From a bacterium (GTDB taxonomy: Bacteria; Pseudomonadota; Gammaproteobacteria; Burkholderiales; SG8-41): a DNA stretch of 44,173 nt. The position numbers were made by a program, and so were the translations under genes. The notes below the pieces were generated by a model, which was given only the letters and a program-made list of their open reading frames with translations, did no database searches and was not told the DNA's origin. Position 1 is the first letter of the stretch; each line of letters opens with the position of its first letter. Positions 30,856 through 38,188 of this stretch are shown here, piece after piece. Where the stretch lies: NCBI GenBank assembly GCA_027310225.1, contig DAIDBG010000057.1, positions 1 to 44,173 of the forward strand, given 5' to 3'.

Positions 30856-30988
30856 GGATGAAGGCGGAAGAATGACCTGTAGGCGGATCCCCCCGAAGGA
30901 TGAAGGCGGAAGGCAGAAGTACGGCCTGGTTTTGACACCCGCACCGCGGGGGTCATCGTTCATCCTTTATCCTTCGTCCTTCATCCTT
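30853..30988. repeat. Composite heptad-periodic palindrome (AAGGNNG units; two alternative left arms, one right arm) between rodA and rlpA
   Basis: Left arm A is AAGGATGAAGGCGGAAGAATGACC (30854-30877). Left arm B is AAGGATGAAGGCGGAAGGCAGAAG (30896-30919). The right arm is GGTCATCGTTCATCCTTTATCCTTCGTCCTTCATCCTT (30951-30988). The rodA TAA (30853-30855) is fused to the first unit. Confidence 0.85.
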
Positions 30989-31939
30989 GCCGCGGCGGCG
31001 CTACTCTTTGCCGTGGCGCTGAGCGGCTGCGGCACGGTCGCCAAGCGCGAGCCGGCGGTGAAGGCGCCGGGCGCGCCGGCGCCGCGCGCGGGCGGCTACT
31101 ACCTCGACGACGGGCCGGGAGAGAACCCGCCCGCCGATCTCGATAGCATCCCGGAACCCACGCCCCGGCTCGAGCCGCTGCAGCGGGGCACGGGCCGCCC
31201 GTACGTCGTGATGGGACGCAGCTATACGCCGATGACGTCGTTGCAGCCCTACAAGGCGCGCGGCATCGCCACCTGGTACGGCCGGCGCTATCACGGCCGG
31301 CAAACCTCATCGGGCGAGATCTACGACATGTACGGGATGACCGCCGCTCACCCGATCCTGCCGATCCCGAGCTATGCGCGCGTGACCAACCTCGTGAACG
31401 GAAAGTCGGTGATTGTTCGCATCAACGACCGTGGACCGTTCGTCGAAGGACGCATCATCGATCTTTCCTACACGGCGGCCTACAAGCTCGGCGTGCTGGC
31501 CAGCGGCAGCGCGTGGGTCGAAGTGGAAAGCATCATTCCCGATGCTGCCGGCACTCTTGTCGCCGCGGCACCGGCGCCGCGGCCGGCGCCGGTGCCCGAA
31601 GAAGATCCGGCTGCGGACCCGGGTACGACCATACCGATCGCCGCGGCGCCAGTCATGGCGGAGCCGCCGCCGGCTGCGGCGCCCGATGCAGCGGTGACGG
31701 CCGGCGCCGCCGGCTACTACCTGCAATTCGGCGCATTCGGCTCGAGGGAAAACGCCGAGAGCTATCTGGCGCGGCTGAAAGCGCAGCTCGATTGGCTGTC
31801 CCAGGTGCTGCAGGTCTTTGCGCGCGACGGGCTGTTCCGCGTGCGCGCCGGTCCGTACCCGAGCCAGGCCGAGGCGCAGCGGATCGCCCAGCGCATCGGC
31901 GAGGCGCTGGGCGTCAGACCGATGGTGTTGACGCGGTAA
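30872..31939 (+). CDS. rlpA: Septal ring lytic transglycosylase RlpA-family lipoprotein with C-terminal SPOR domain
   Basis: Lipobox LFAVALSGC, a DPBB domain (GIATWYGRRYHGRQTSSGEIYDMY.MTAAH..LP.PSYARVTN..NGKSVIVRINDRGPF) and a SPOR domain (YYLQFGAFGSRENAESY). The start is uncertain: ATG 30872 or TTG 30931, both inside the repeat element. Confidence 0.85.
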   Translation: MTCRRIPPKDEGGRQKYGLVLTPAPRGSSFILYPSSFILAAAALLFAVALSGCGTVAKREPAVKAPGAPAPRAGGYYLDDGPGENPPADLDSIPEPTPRLEPLQRGTGRPYVVMGRSYTPMTSLQPYKARGIATWYGRRYHGRQTSSGEIYDMYGMTAAHPILPIPSYARVTNLVNGKSVIVRINDRGPFVEGRIIDLSYTAAYKLGVLASGSAWVEVESIIPDAAGTLVAAAPAPRPAPVPEEDPAADPGTTIPIAAAPVMAEPPPAAAPDAAVTAGAAGYYLQFGAFGSRENAESYLARLKAQLDWLSQVLQVFARDGLFRVRAGPYPSQAEAQRIAQRIGEALGVRPMVLTR

Positions 31940-31977
31940 GCGGCGGGCGGTAAAGACTGGGGGCAGGGGGTTGCTGC

Positions 31978-32391
31978 TTACTGCTTTCCTTCCAGCCGCA
32001 GCAGTGCATGAACCATCTCCAGCACCAAGTGTTTGTGGGCATCACTCAGCATCTCGAATTTTTTCGATGGCCAGCCGTGATCGAGGCGGTACGAACCCGC
32101 CTCCTGTCGCGCCGCCGGGGGCTGCCTTTCCTCTTTTTTATCGAGCTCGCCGAAGCGCAGCCAGTGCACCGAAACGTCCAGCCATAATCCCAGGGCACGG
32201 ATTTTGTCCTGCGAAGGCAGGGCTTCCCCCGACAGCCATTTCCGGACCGCCTGGGTGGAAACCGGGTCTCCGTCATAACGCAGGTTGAACTCGCGGGCGA
32301 TGCGGGTGGGACTATCGGGGTTGATCCGCGCCTTGCGCAGTACCTCCTTCAGGCGCCGGCTGAAGCTCTGTTTTTCGTCCGTGAGCGTCAT
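31978..32391 (-). CDS. XRE (Cro/C1-type) helix-turn-helix transcriptional regulator
   Basis: FSRRLKEVLRKARINPDSPTRIAREFNLRYDGDPVSTQAVRKWLSGEALPSQDKIRALGLWLDVSVHWLRFGE is an HTH_XRE pattern. The ATG at 32391 was chosen; the ORF extends to GTG 32412. Confidence 0.7.
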   Translation of the reverse strand: MTLTDEKQSFSRRLKEVLRKARINPDSPTRIAREFNLRYDGDPVSTQAVRKWLSGEALPSQDKIRALGLWLDVSVHWLRFGELDKKEERQPPAARQEAGSYRLDHGWPSKKFEMLSDAHKHLVLEMVHALLRLEGKQ

Positions 32392-32523
32392 GCTTGAAAA
32401 CACTACCACCAAGCACGATGACGCCTGGTTACCAGCGGTTGCTTTTTATGACAACCGAGAGTAGCATGGCACCCTGTTGCGTCACCTTCCCGTCAACTCT
32501 TTTGACGCCGCAGTCCGGTCCGC

Positions 32524-33459
32524 ATGACTTGGCGCGAGCGAGATCTCTCCAGGGTCATCGAGCACATTCCGCTCGGGGTTGCGATCACCCTGCCCGACGG
32601 CACGCTCGATTACGTCAACCCCCATTTCTCCAGGCTGATCGGCGCGCGCGGCAGCGAGCTGGTCGGAACGCCGCTTGCCAGCTGGTTATCAACGGACACC
32701 TCCGCGAGCGGCGGGGCGAAGCAACCGGTAAATGCCGCATCCGAGTGGCACGGGGAAACGCGTGTCCGGCGCAGCAGCGGGGATCTGCTCGACGTTCTGC
32801 TGGCGGTCTATCCGCTGCACGACAAGGCGGGCGTCGTCACCCATCTCGTTCACCTGGTGCAGGACACCAGCACGCAAAAGCAACTGGAACTTCTGTCCGG
32901 GTTGGCCTTTTACGATGGCCTGACCGGACTGCCCAACCGCAATCTGTTGAACGACCGCCTAGCGCGAGCCATTGCTGGCGCGCGGCGCCGTTACGGTGCC
33001 TTCGCTTTGCTCTACATTGACGTTGACCACTTCAAACAAGTCAACGACACGCTGGGACACGACGCCGGAGACGAACTGCTGCGTCAACTCGCCGCGCGCC
33101 TGTCGCGGTCTCTGCGCGCGGCCGATACCGTGGCGCGCTGGGGCGGCGACGAGTTCGTGGCCGTGCTCGATGGCGTGGCAAGCCCGCAGGCTGCCGCACA
33201 CGCCGTCCGCAAGCTGCTCTCAATCTGCGGGGGGCCGTACAATCTGCCCGGCGCCACCCGCTTCGTCACGCTCAGCATCGGTGTGAGTCTCTTCCCGCGT
33301 GACGGGTACGACGCCCCGGCCCTGCTCAAGCGCGCCGACCAGTCAATGTACGAGGTCAAGGCACGCGGCCGCGACGGCTACCACCTGCTCGAAGAGCCCG
33401 GCTTGAGCTATCTGAAAACGGCCCAAAAAGCACCGCGCAAGACCGCTTTCAGAACGTAG
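32524..33459 (+). CDS. PAS-domain diguanylate cyclase (GGDEF)
   Basis: N-terminal PAS (IPLGVAITLPDGTLDYVNPHFSRLIG). The GGDEF domain has an intact active site and I-site (DGLTGLPNR...LRAADTVARWGGDEFVAVL). Confidence 0.85.
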   Translation: MTWRERDLSRVIEHIPLGVAITLPDGTLDYVNPHFSRLIGARGSELVGTPLASWLSTDTSASGGAKQPVNAASEWHGETRVRRSSGDLLDVLLAVYPLHDKAGVVTHLVHLVQDTSTQKQLELLSGLAFYDGLTGLPNRNLLNDRLARAIAGARRRYGAFALLYIDVDHFKQVNDTLGHDAGDELLRQLAARLSRSLRAADTVARWGGDEFVAVLDGVASPQAAAHAVRKLLSICGGPYNLPGATRFVTLSIGVSLFPRDGYDAPALLKRADQSMYEVKARGRDGYHLLEEPGLSYLKTAQKAPRKTAFRT

Positions 33460-33487
33460 CAAAGCAAACGGCCAGCGGCTCACCGCT

Positions 33488-34204
33488 TCACGAAGTGCCC
33501 TCCAAGCGGAACACGATCGGCACCAGCACCCACGATTCGATCGGCTCCGCGCCCCGCCGCGCCGGCGTGAAGCGCCAGGCCTTGACCGCCTCCAGCGCCG
33601 CAGTGTCGAGATAGGGTGAGCCGCTCGATTTCTCGACATCCACGCGCGAGGGCAAGCCCTCGCGCGTCACCAGCACCCGCAGCGTCACCGTGCCCTGCTC
33701 GCCCGCGCGCCGCGCTGCGAGCGGATAGCGCGGCGGCGGATTGCGCAGATAGGCCGCGTCGAGGCCGGGCGGCGCCACGGCAGCGGCCGCCAAGTCGGCG
33801 TTGGGTCCCGTGGGCACGGCGCGTGAGGCTCCTGGCGGCGGTCCGACGGCGGCGTCCGGCACCCGTGGCGGCTCGGGCAAGGGCGGCGTGGCGGCGGCCT
33901 GCGGCGACAGCCCGGGCTTGACCGGGATCCTGGTCGCTGCAGGCTCCGGCTCGCGCCGCGCCTGAGGCGGCGGCGCCTGCGGCGGGGCGACCGGCAGCGG
34001 CTCCGGCTTCAGTATCACCACCTCCAGCGCGCCCGCCTTGGCGGAATCGCGCGCCCTGAACAGGGACGGCGGCAGCGCGGCGAGCAGCGCCGCGTGCAGC
34101 GCCGCGCTGCCGGCGAGGAACACCGCCAGCACGCGCCAGCTGCGCCGCCGCGCCGCCGCGGCACGCCTCACGAAGCCCTCTGCGGTCCCGGCTGAAGCCC
34201 TCAT
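33488..34204 (-). CDS. tonB: Energy transducer TonB-family protein
   Basis: N-terminal TM anchor, a Pro-rich spacer (PEPLPVAPPQAPPPQ...) and a C-terminal TonB domain (YPLAARRAGEQGTVTLRVLVTREG....VDVEKSSGS..LD.AALEAVK.WRF.PA). ATG at 34204; the upstream ORF extension is non-homologous. Confidence 0.85.
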   Translation of the reverse strand: MRASAGTAEGFVRRAAAARRRSWRVLAVFLAGSAALHAALLAALPPSLFRARDSAKAGALEVVILKPEPLPVAPPQAPPPQARREPEPAATRIPVKPGLSPQAAATPPLPEPPRVPDAAVGPPPGASRAVPTGPNADLAAAAVAPPGLDAAYLRNPPPRYPLAARRAGEQGTVTLRVLVTREGLPSRVDVEKSSGSPYLDTAALEAVKAWRFTPARRGAEPIESWVLVPIVFRLEGTS

Positions 34205-34263
34205 GCCTGCGCTCCGACGGCAAATCCCGACAAACTCCCGATGCAAAACCGGCACCGGGAAAA

Positions 34264-35007
34264 TTAAAGCAGCCACTTGAGAGCGCCGGTCGTCCCGAGG
34301 CCGACCGTGATCAACCCGGTCTGCCACAATACATCGCGGACGCGGTTCTGCTGGTGCAGGTAGGGGATCAGGTCCGCGATGGCGAGGTAGATGAAAGACG
34401 CCGCCGCCAGCGCGAGCGCATATTGCAGCAGCGACTGCGCGTATTCCAGGACGAAATATCCGAGAACGGCGCCCGCGACCGACGAAAGGCTGACCGCGAG
34501 GTTCAGCCACAAGGCGCGCGCCCTGCTGTAACCCGCATGCAGCAACACCATGAAGTCACCGACCTCCTGCGGAATCTCGTGCACCATGACCGCGAGCGTC
34601 GTGGTGATGCCGAGCCTGAAGTCCGCGAGGAACGCCGCGGCGATCAGCACGCCATCCACAAAGTTGTGAAACGTGTCGCCCACGGTGATCAGCATCCCCG
34701 AAGCCTTGCGCGACCCGTGGTCGCCGTGCTCGTGGCTGTGACGCCAGAGCGCCGCCTTCTCCAGGAGGAAGAACATCAGCAGGCCTGCCAGCATGATGCC
34801 GAACAGCGTTTCCGCATTCGCGGATTTTTCGAAGGCTTCCGGCAGCACGTCGAGGAACGTCACTCCAAGCAAAATGCCCACGGAATAGCTCACCATGCGC
34901 GGCACCCAACCCGAGAGCAGCGAGTAGGCAACCGTCGCCGCCAACAGCAGGCTCACGGCACCGCCCGCGAGACTGCCGCCGATGATCCAGAGCAGGGTTA
35001 CGTCCAT
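34264..35007 (-). CDS. ZIP-family divalent metal (zinc) transporter
   Basis: LDVLPEAFE, a His-rich loop (HSHEHGDHG), HNFVDGVLIAAAF and VMVHEIPQEVGDF are ZIP/ZupT signatures. Confidence 0.9.
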   Translation of the reverse strand: MDVTLLWIIGGSLAGGAVSLLLAATVAYSLLSGWVPRMVSYSVGILLGVTFLDVLPEAFEKSANAETLFGIMLAGLLMFFLLEKAALWRHSHEHGDHGSRKASGMLITVGDTFHNFVDGVLIAAAFLADFRLGITTTLAVMVHEIPQEVGDFMVLLHAGYSRARALWLNLAVSLSSVAGAVLGYFVLEYAQSLLQYALALAAASFIYLAIADLIPYLHQQNRVRDVLWQTGLITVGLGTTGALKWLL

Positions 35008-35078
35008 GGTGTGTTATCCAGCGCAAATCCGTTGCATCAATGAATCCGCTTGCAGCATCACCGCTTCCGTACCGAGGA

Positions 35079-35549
35079 TCAATGCCGGTGCTGTGCGCGG
35101 ACCCGTGAGCGGCGCCGGGCCGCCGGCCCGCAACCGGCACACAGCCCCTTCACCGTCAGCTCGATCTCCTGGGAGCGGAAACCGGAGGGCACCAGGACGC
35201 TGCGCACCGTCATCGCCTTGTCCAGGCAGGTCACACCGCCGCAGCTGTTGCACTTGAAATGCGCATGACGCCGGCCATGTTCTTTCTTTGCGGCGTTGAA
35301 TCGCCACACGCGATCGTCGTCCGAGATCTTGTGCGCAAGGTCCCGGGCGGTCAGCCACTCCAGCACGCGATAGACCGTCACCCGGTCTATGCCGAGGTTG
35401 CGCTTGATCCGCCGCTCGATCTCATGGTGCGTGAGCGCGCGCTCGGCGGCGAGCAGCGTCGCCAGCACAGCCACGCGGGCGCGGGTCACGCGGGCACGGG
35501 TCCGGCGTACCAGGGTTTCAGCCACCTCGTGAACGGCGCCCGCCATCAT
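35079..35549 (-). CDS. zur: Fur-family metalloregulator, probably Zur
   Basis: Winged-helix region (RVAVLATLL....LTHHEIERRI......DRVTVYRVLEWL) and CxxC pairs (CNSCGG ... CAGCG). It lies directly upstream of the ZIP transporter in the same orientation. The Zur versus other-Fur assignment is contextual. Confidence 0.7.
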   Translation of the reverse strand: MMAGAVHEVAETLVRRTRARVTRARVAVLATLLAAERALTHHEIERRIKRNLGIDRVTVYRVLEWLTARDLAHKISDDDRVWRFNAAKKEHGRRHAHFKCNSCGGVTCLDKAMTVRSVLVPSGFRSQEIELTVKGLCAGCGPAARRRSRVRAQHRH

Positions 35550-35587
35550 CCGCTCCCGGCGGGATTAAAGCACGGCGCGCCGCAAAT

Positions 35588-35602
35588 TGCAACCGAGTTG
35601 CA
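35588..35602. promoter_or_regulatory. Palindrome TGCAAC-CGA-GTTGCA in the zur/yidD divergent region (possible Fur-family operator)
   Basis: 6-bp perfect arms about 40 nt upstream of the zur start. It does not match the GTTAT/ATAAC-type Zur boxes I know, so the function is speculative. Confidence 0.2.
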
Positions 35603-35630
35603 TCAAAAACCGATGCTATACTGAATCCGG

Positions 35631-35846
35631 ATGAAATCCGTGTTGCTGTTCTTGATCGACGGCTACCGGCTGCTGCTCTCGCCCTTCTTCGGCGGCCAGT
35701 GCCGCTTCTACCCCACGTGCTCGAGCTACGCGCGCGAAGCGATCGAGGTGCATGGATCGTTGCGTGGCTCGTGGCTTACGATAAGGCGCATCGTGCGCTG
35801 CGGGCCGTGGCATCCGGGCGGGGTGGACCCCGTCCCGCCTCCGTAA
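35631..35846 (+). CDS. yidD: Membrane protein insertion efficiency factor YidD
   Basis: [62 protein letters not shown] is canonical YidD. Confidence 0.9.
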   Translation: MKSVLLFLIDGYRLLLSPFFGGQCRFYPTCSSYAREAIEVHGSLRGSWLTIRRIVRCGPWHPGGVDPVPPP

Positions 35847-35920
35847 TGATGAATGCAGAATGATGAATGCAGAATGAAATTCCCTATTTTAAAACCTATT
35901 TCTCCAACCCGTTCATCATT
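35844..35920. repeat. AATGNNG heptad tract after yidD with a short inverted partner at the rlmI stop
   Basis: TAATGATG AATGCAG AATGATG AATGCAG AATGAAA lies at 35844-35879, and TTCATCATT at 35912-35920 is the reverse complement of AATGATGAA. The yidD TAA and the rlmI TGA both lie inside these units. Confidence 0.7.
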
Positions 35921-37178
35921 GTCTCGCCACCCGGCAGATGAGTCCCTTGAGATAGTCCCCTTCCGGGAAGTTGAGGGCGGTGGGATGATCCGGGCCGGGG
36001 CCGAGCCGCTCGATGATCTGCGCCGCCACACCGGCATCCAGCGCAGATCCGGCGACGATCTTCTGGAAGAGGTCGGCTGATACCCCGCCGGAGCAGGAAA
36101 ACGTCACCAGCAAGCCCCCGGGCCGCAACAGCTTGAAGGCGAGCAGGTTGATGTCCTTGTAGGCGCGCGCGGCTTTCGGCACGTGTGCAGCGGTGGGCGC
36201 GAATTTGGGCGGGTCCAGCACGATGAGGTCGAACTGACGGCGCCCGTCGCGCAGGTGCCGCAGCATCTGGAAGACGTCGCCGCCGACCCAGTCGACTCCG
36301 GAAAGATCGTTCAGGCGCGCGTTGGCCTGCGCCAGGGCAAGCGCTTCGGCGGAGCTGTCCAGGGCGAGCACCGATCGCGCCCCGCCGACCGCTGCGTTGA
36401 GCGCAAATCCTCCCGTGTAGCAGAAGCCGTCGAGCACGTCGCCCCCGCGCGCGAGCCGGCGCACCCGCAGGCGGTTTTCGCGCTGGTCGAGATAGAAACC
36501 GGTCTTGTGTCCATGTTCCAGGTCGAGCTGGAACATGAGTCCATTTTCGGTAACGATGATTTGCGTTGGCTGCCGGTCACCACGCAGAGGCCCGGTTGCC
36601 GCAGGCAAGCCTTCCAGGTTCCGCACTTCGGCATCCGAGCGCTCCCAGACGCGGGATATGCCCGCCGCCTCGAGCAGCGCGTCGGCGATCTCCTCGCGCC
36701 ACCGATCGGCGCCGGCGCTCGTCAGCTGCAGCACGATCGTGTCGCCGTAGCGGTCGGCCACCACGCCGGGGAGCCCGTCGGATTCCCCATGGATCAACCG
36801 GCACGCTTCGGTAGCGGCCCCGTCGAGCAGCTCCCGGCGCTGCGCCACGGCCCGGGCCACACGCTCCTTGAAGAACGCCCTGTCTATGGCGCGTTCCTCC
36901 CAGGCCCAGACGCGGGCGGTAATTTGCGACTGGGGGCTGTAGGCAGCGACCGCCAGGAACTCGCCGGTCGCGGACCAGACCCCGACGGTCTCACCCGGCC
37001 CCGGCTCGCCCCGCACATTCGCCACCGCGCCGGAGAACACCCAGGGATGGCGGCGCTTGAGCGATTTCTCCCGCCCAGACTTCAGGATCAGCTTCGCTGG
37101 TGAGGGGTGAGGGGTAAGGGGTGAGGCGGGATGCTTCGACCCTTTGCCAGAACGGCGTTTTTTATCCTCACTCCTCAC
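35916..37178 (-). CDS. rlmI: 23S rRNA (cytosine1962-C5)-methyltransferase RlmI
   Basis: KLILKSGREKSLKRRHPWVFSGAV...SPQSQI.ARVW is collinear with the E. coli RlmI N-terminus, followed by the PUA and SAM-MTase domains (VLD.FCYTGGF, DPP). The only canonical start is GTG 37178, which lies inside the repeat element. That leaves the N-terminal 28 aa doubtful. Confidence 0.85.
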   Translation of the reverse strand: MRSEDKKRRSGKGSKHPASPLTPHPSPAKLILKSGREKSLKRRHPWVFSGAVANVRGEPGPGETVGVWSATGEFLAVAAYSPQSQITARVWAWEERAIDRAFFKERVARAVAQRRELLDGAATEACRLIHGESDGLPGVVADRYGDTIVLQLTSAGADRWREEIADALLEAAGISRVWERSDAEVRNLEGLPAATGPLRGDRQPTQIIVTENGLMFQLDLEHGHKTGFYLDQRENRLRVRRLARGGDVLDGFCYTGGFALNAAVGGARSVLALDSSAEALALAQANARLNDLSGVDWVGGDVFQMLRHLRDGRRQFDLIVLDPPKFAPTAAHVPKAARAYKDINLLAFKLLRPGGLLVTFSCSGGVSADLFQKIVAGSALDAGVAAQIIERLGPGPDHPTALNFPEGDYLKGLICRVARQ

Positions 37179-37197
37179 GCCTTACTCACTCCTCACG
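37099..37197. repeat. Heptad-periodic palindrome (GGTGAGG units versus CCTCAC units) between xerC and rlmI
   Basis: GGTGAGGGGTGAGGGGTAAGGGGTGAGG (37099-37126) opposes CCTCACTCCTCACGCCTTACTCACTCCTCACG (37166-37197) across a 39-nt centre. The xerC TGA (37193-37195) lies in the outermost unit. Confidence 0.85.
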
Positions 37198-38089
37198 ATT
37201 TCCTCTTCGCGCGCGGATGTGCCGCGTCGTAGGCCTTCGCGAGGTGCTGGAAATCGAGGTGCGTATAGATCTGCGTCGTCGAGATGCTGGCGTGCCCCAG
37301 CATCTCCTGCACCGCGCGCAGGTCCCCGCTCGATTGCAGCAGGTGCGAGGCAAACGAGTGGCGCAACGCGTGCGGATGGACCTTAGCCGCCAGGCCCAGC
37401 TTCACCGCCCAGTGCTTGAGCCGCGCCTGGACCGCGCGCGCGCTCATACGCCCCCCGTCCTTGCCGACGAACAGGGCCGTCTCCTCCGCCCGCGCGAGGC
37501 CGCTCCGCTGCGGCAGCCAGACCTCGAGCGCAGCGAGCGCATGGCTGCCGACTGGCACGACGCGGGTCTTCGCTCCCTTGCCGGTGACGCGCACCGTCGC
37601 GTCCCGGACATCAACGTCCCCCAGTGCGAGCCCGGTCAGTTCGGAAAGCCGCAGCCCGGAGGAATAAAACAGCTCGAGCATCGCCTTGTCGCGAACCGCG
37701 AGCGCGTGCGTTTCGCCGATCTCCATCAGGCGCACCGTCTCGTCGGGAGACAGCGCCCGCGGCAGCTTTCTGGCGACCTTCGGGGCGCGGATGCCGAGCA
37801 CCGGGTTCTGCGCATGGCCGTGGTCGCGAGCGAGGTAGTTGAAGAAGCCGCGCCACGCCGAAAGCATGCGCGCGAGCGTCCTGCCGTCGAGCCCCCGCGC
37901 GTGCAGTTGCGCCACGCAGCGGCGCACGTGATGCGGTTGCAATTCCCTGAGCGGCGTGGCACCCGCCAGCTCGAGCAGCGCGGAAACGTCACGTGCGTAA
38001 TTCTCGACCGTATGAGGGCTTAGCCGGCGTTCGTGCGACAGATGTTCGAGATAACAGCGCAGCAGCTGCTGTGCAGTTTCGGGTTTCAA
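37193..38089 (-). CDS. xerC: Tyrosine recombinase XerC
   Basis: YLEHLSHERRLSPHTVENYARDV...ELFYSSGLRLSEL...HALRHSFASHLLQSSGDLRAVQEMLGHASISTTQIYTH. It sits in the dapF-DUF484-xerC context. A TTG start is at 38089. Confidence 0.9.
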   Translation of the reverse strand: MKPETAQQLLRCYLEHLSHERRLSPHTVENYARDVSALLELAGATPLRELQPHHVRRCVAQLHARGLDGRTLARMLSAWRGFFNYLARDHGHAQNPVLGIRAPKVARKLPRALSPDETVRLMEIGETHALAVRDKAMLELFYSSGLRLSELTGLALGDVDVRDATVRVTGKGAKTRVVPVGSHALAALEVWLPQRSGLARAEETALFVGKDGGRMSARAVQARLKHWAVKLGLAAKVHPHALRHSFASHLLQSSGDLRAVQEMLGHASISTTQIYTHLDFQHLAKAYDAAHPRAKRKS

Positions 38090-38188
38090 GTTTCAGGTCT
38101 AAAAGTCAGCACCCACTTACCAGTCGCAAGTGGTTGAATCCACGACCGCCAGGACTGGATGCCCCCCTCTCCGCCTCCCGCCTTTGCC

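Noticed and set aside
29587-30963. 458-aa minus-strand ORF opposite rodA (also 23403-24734 and 22316-23290 opposite gatA/gatB, 36183-37103 opposite rlmI, 41215-42447 opposite the aminotransferase/oxidoreductase)
   Set aside because: These are shadow ORFs of a GC-rich genome. They have no motifs, and they overlap well-supported genes completely.
33480-34510. Extended or alternative ORFs over tonB (33488-34510 and 33480-34223)
   Set aside because: The extension upstream of ATG 34204 overlaps the ZIP gene's 3' end and has no TonB-like features. The 33480-34223 frame is an Arg/Ala-rich shadow frame.
37193-38089. Tyrosine recombinase as a marker of a prophage or integrative element
   Set aside because: It has the XerC sequence pattern and sits in the conserved dapF-DUF484-xerC operon. 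There are no att-like direct repeats, tRNA target or phage genes nearby.
38111-38135. Hairpin ACCCACTT-N9-AAGTGGTT between DUF484 and xerC as a terminator
   Set aside because: The stem is only 6-7 bp. On the transcribed strand it is followed by a weak U-tract (CUUUUAG). xerC is expected to be co-transcribed, so this is too weak to call.
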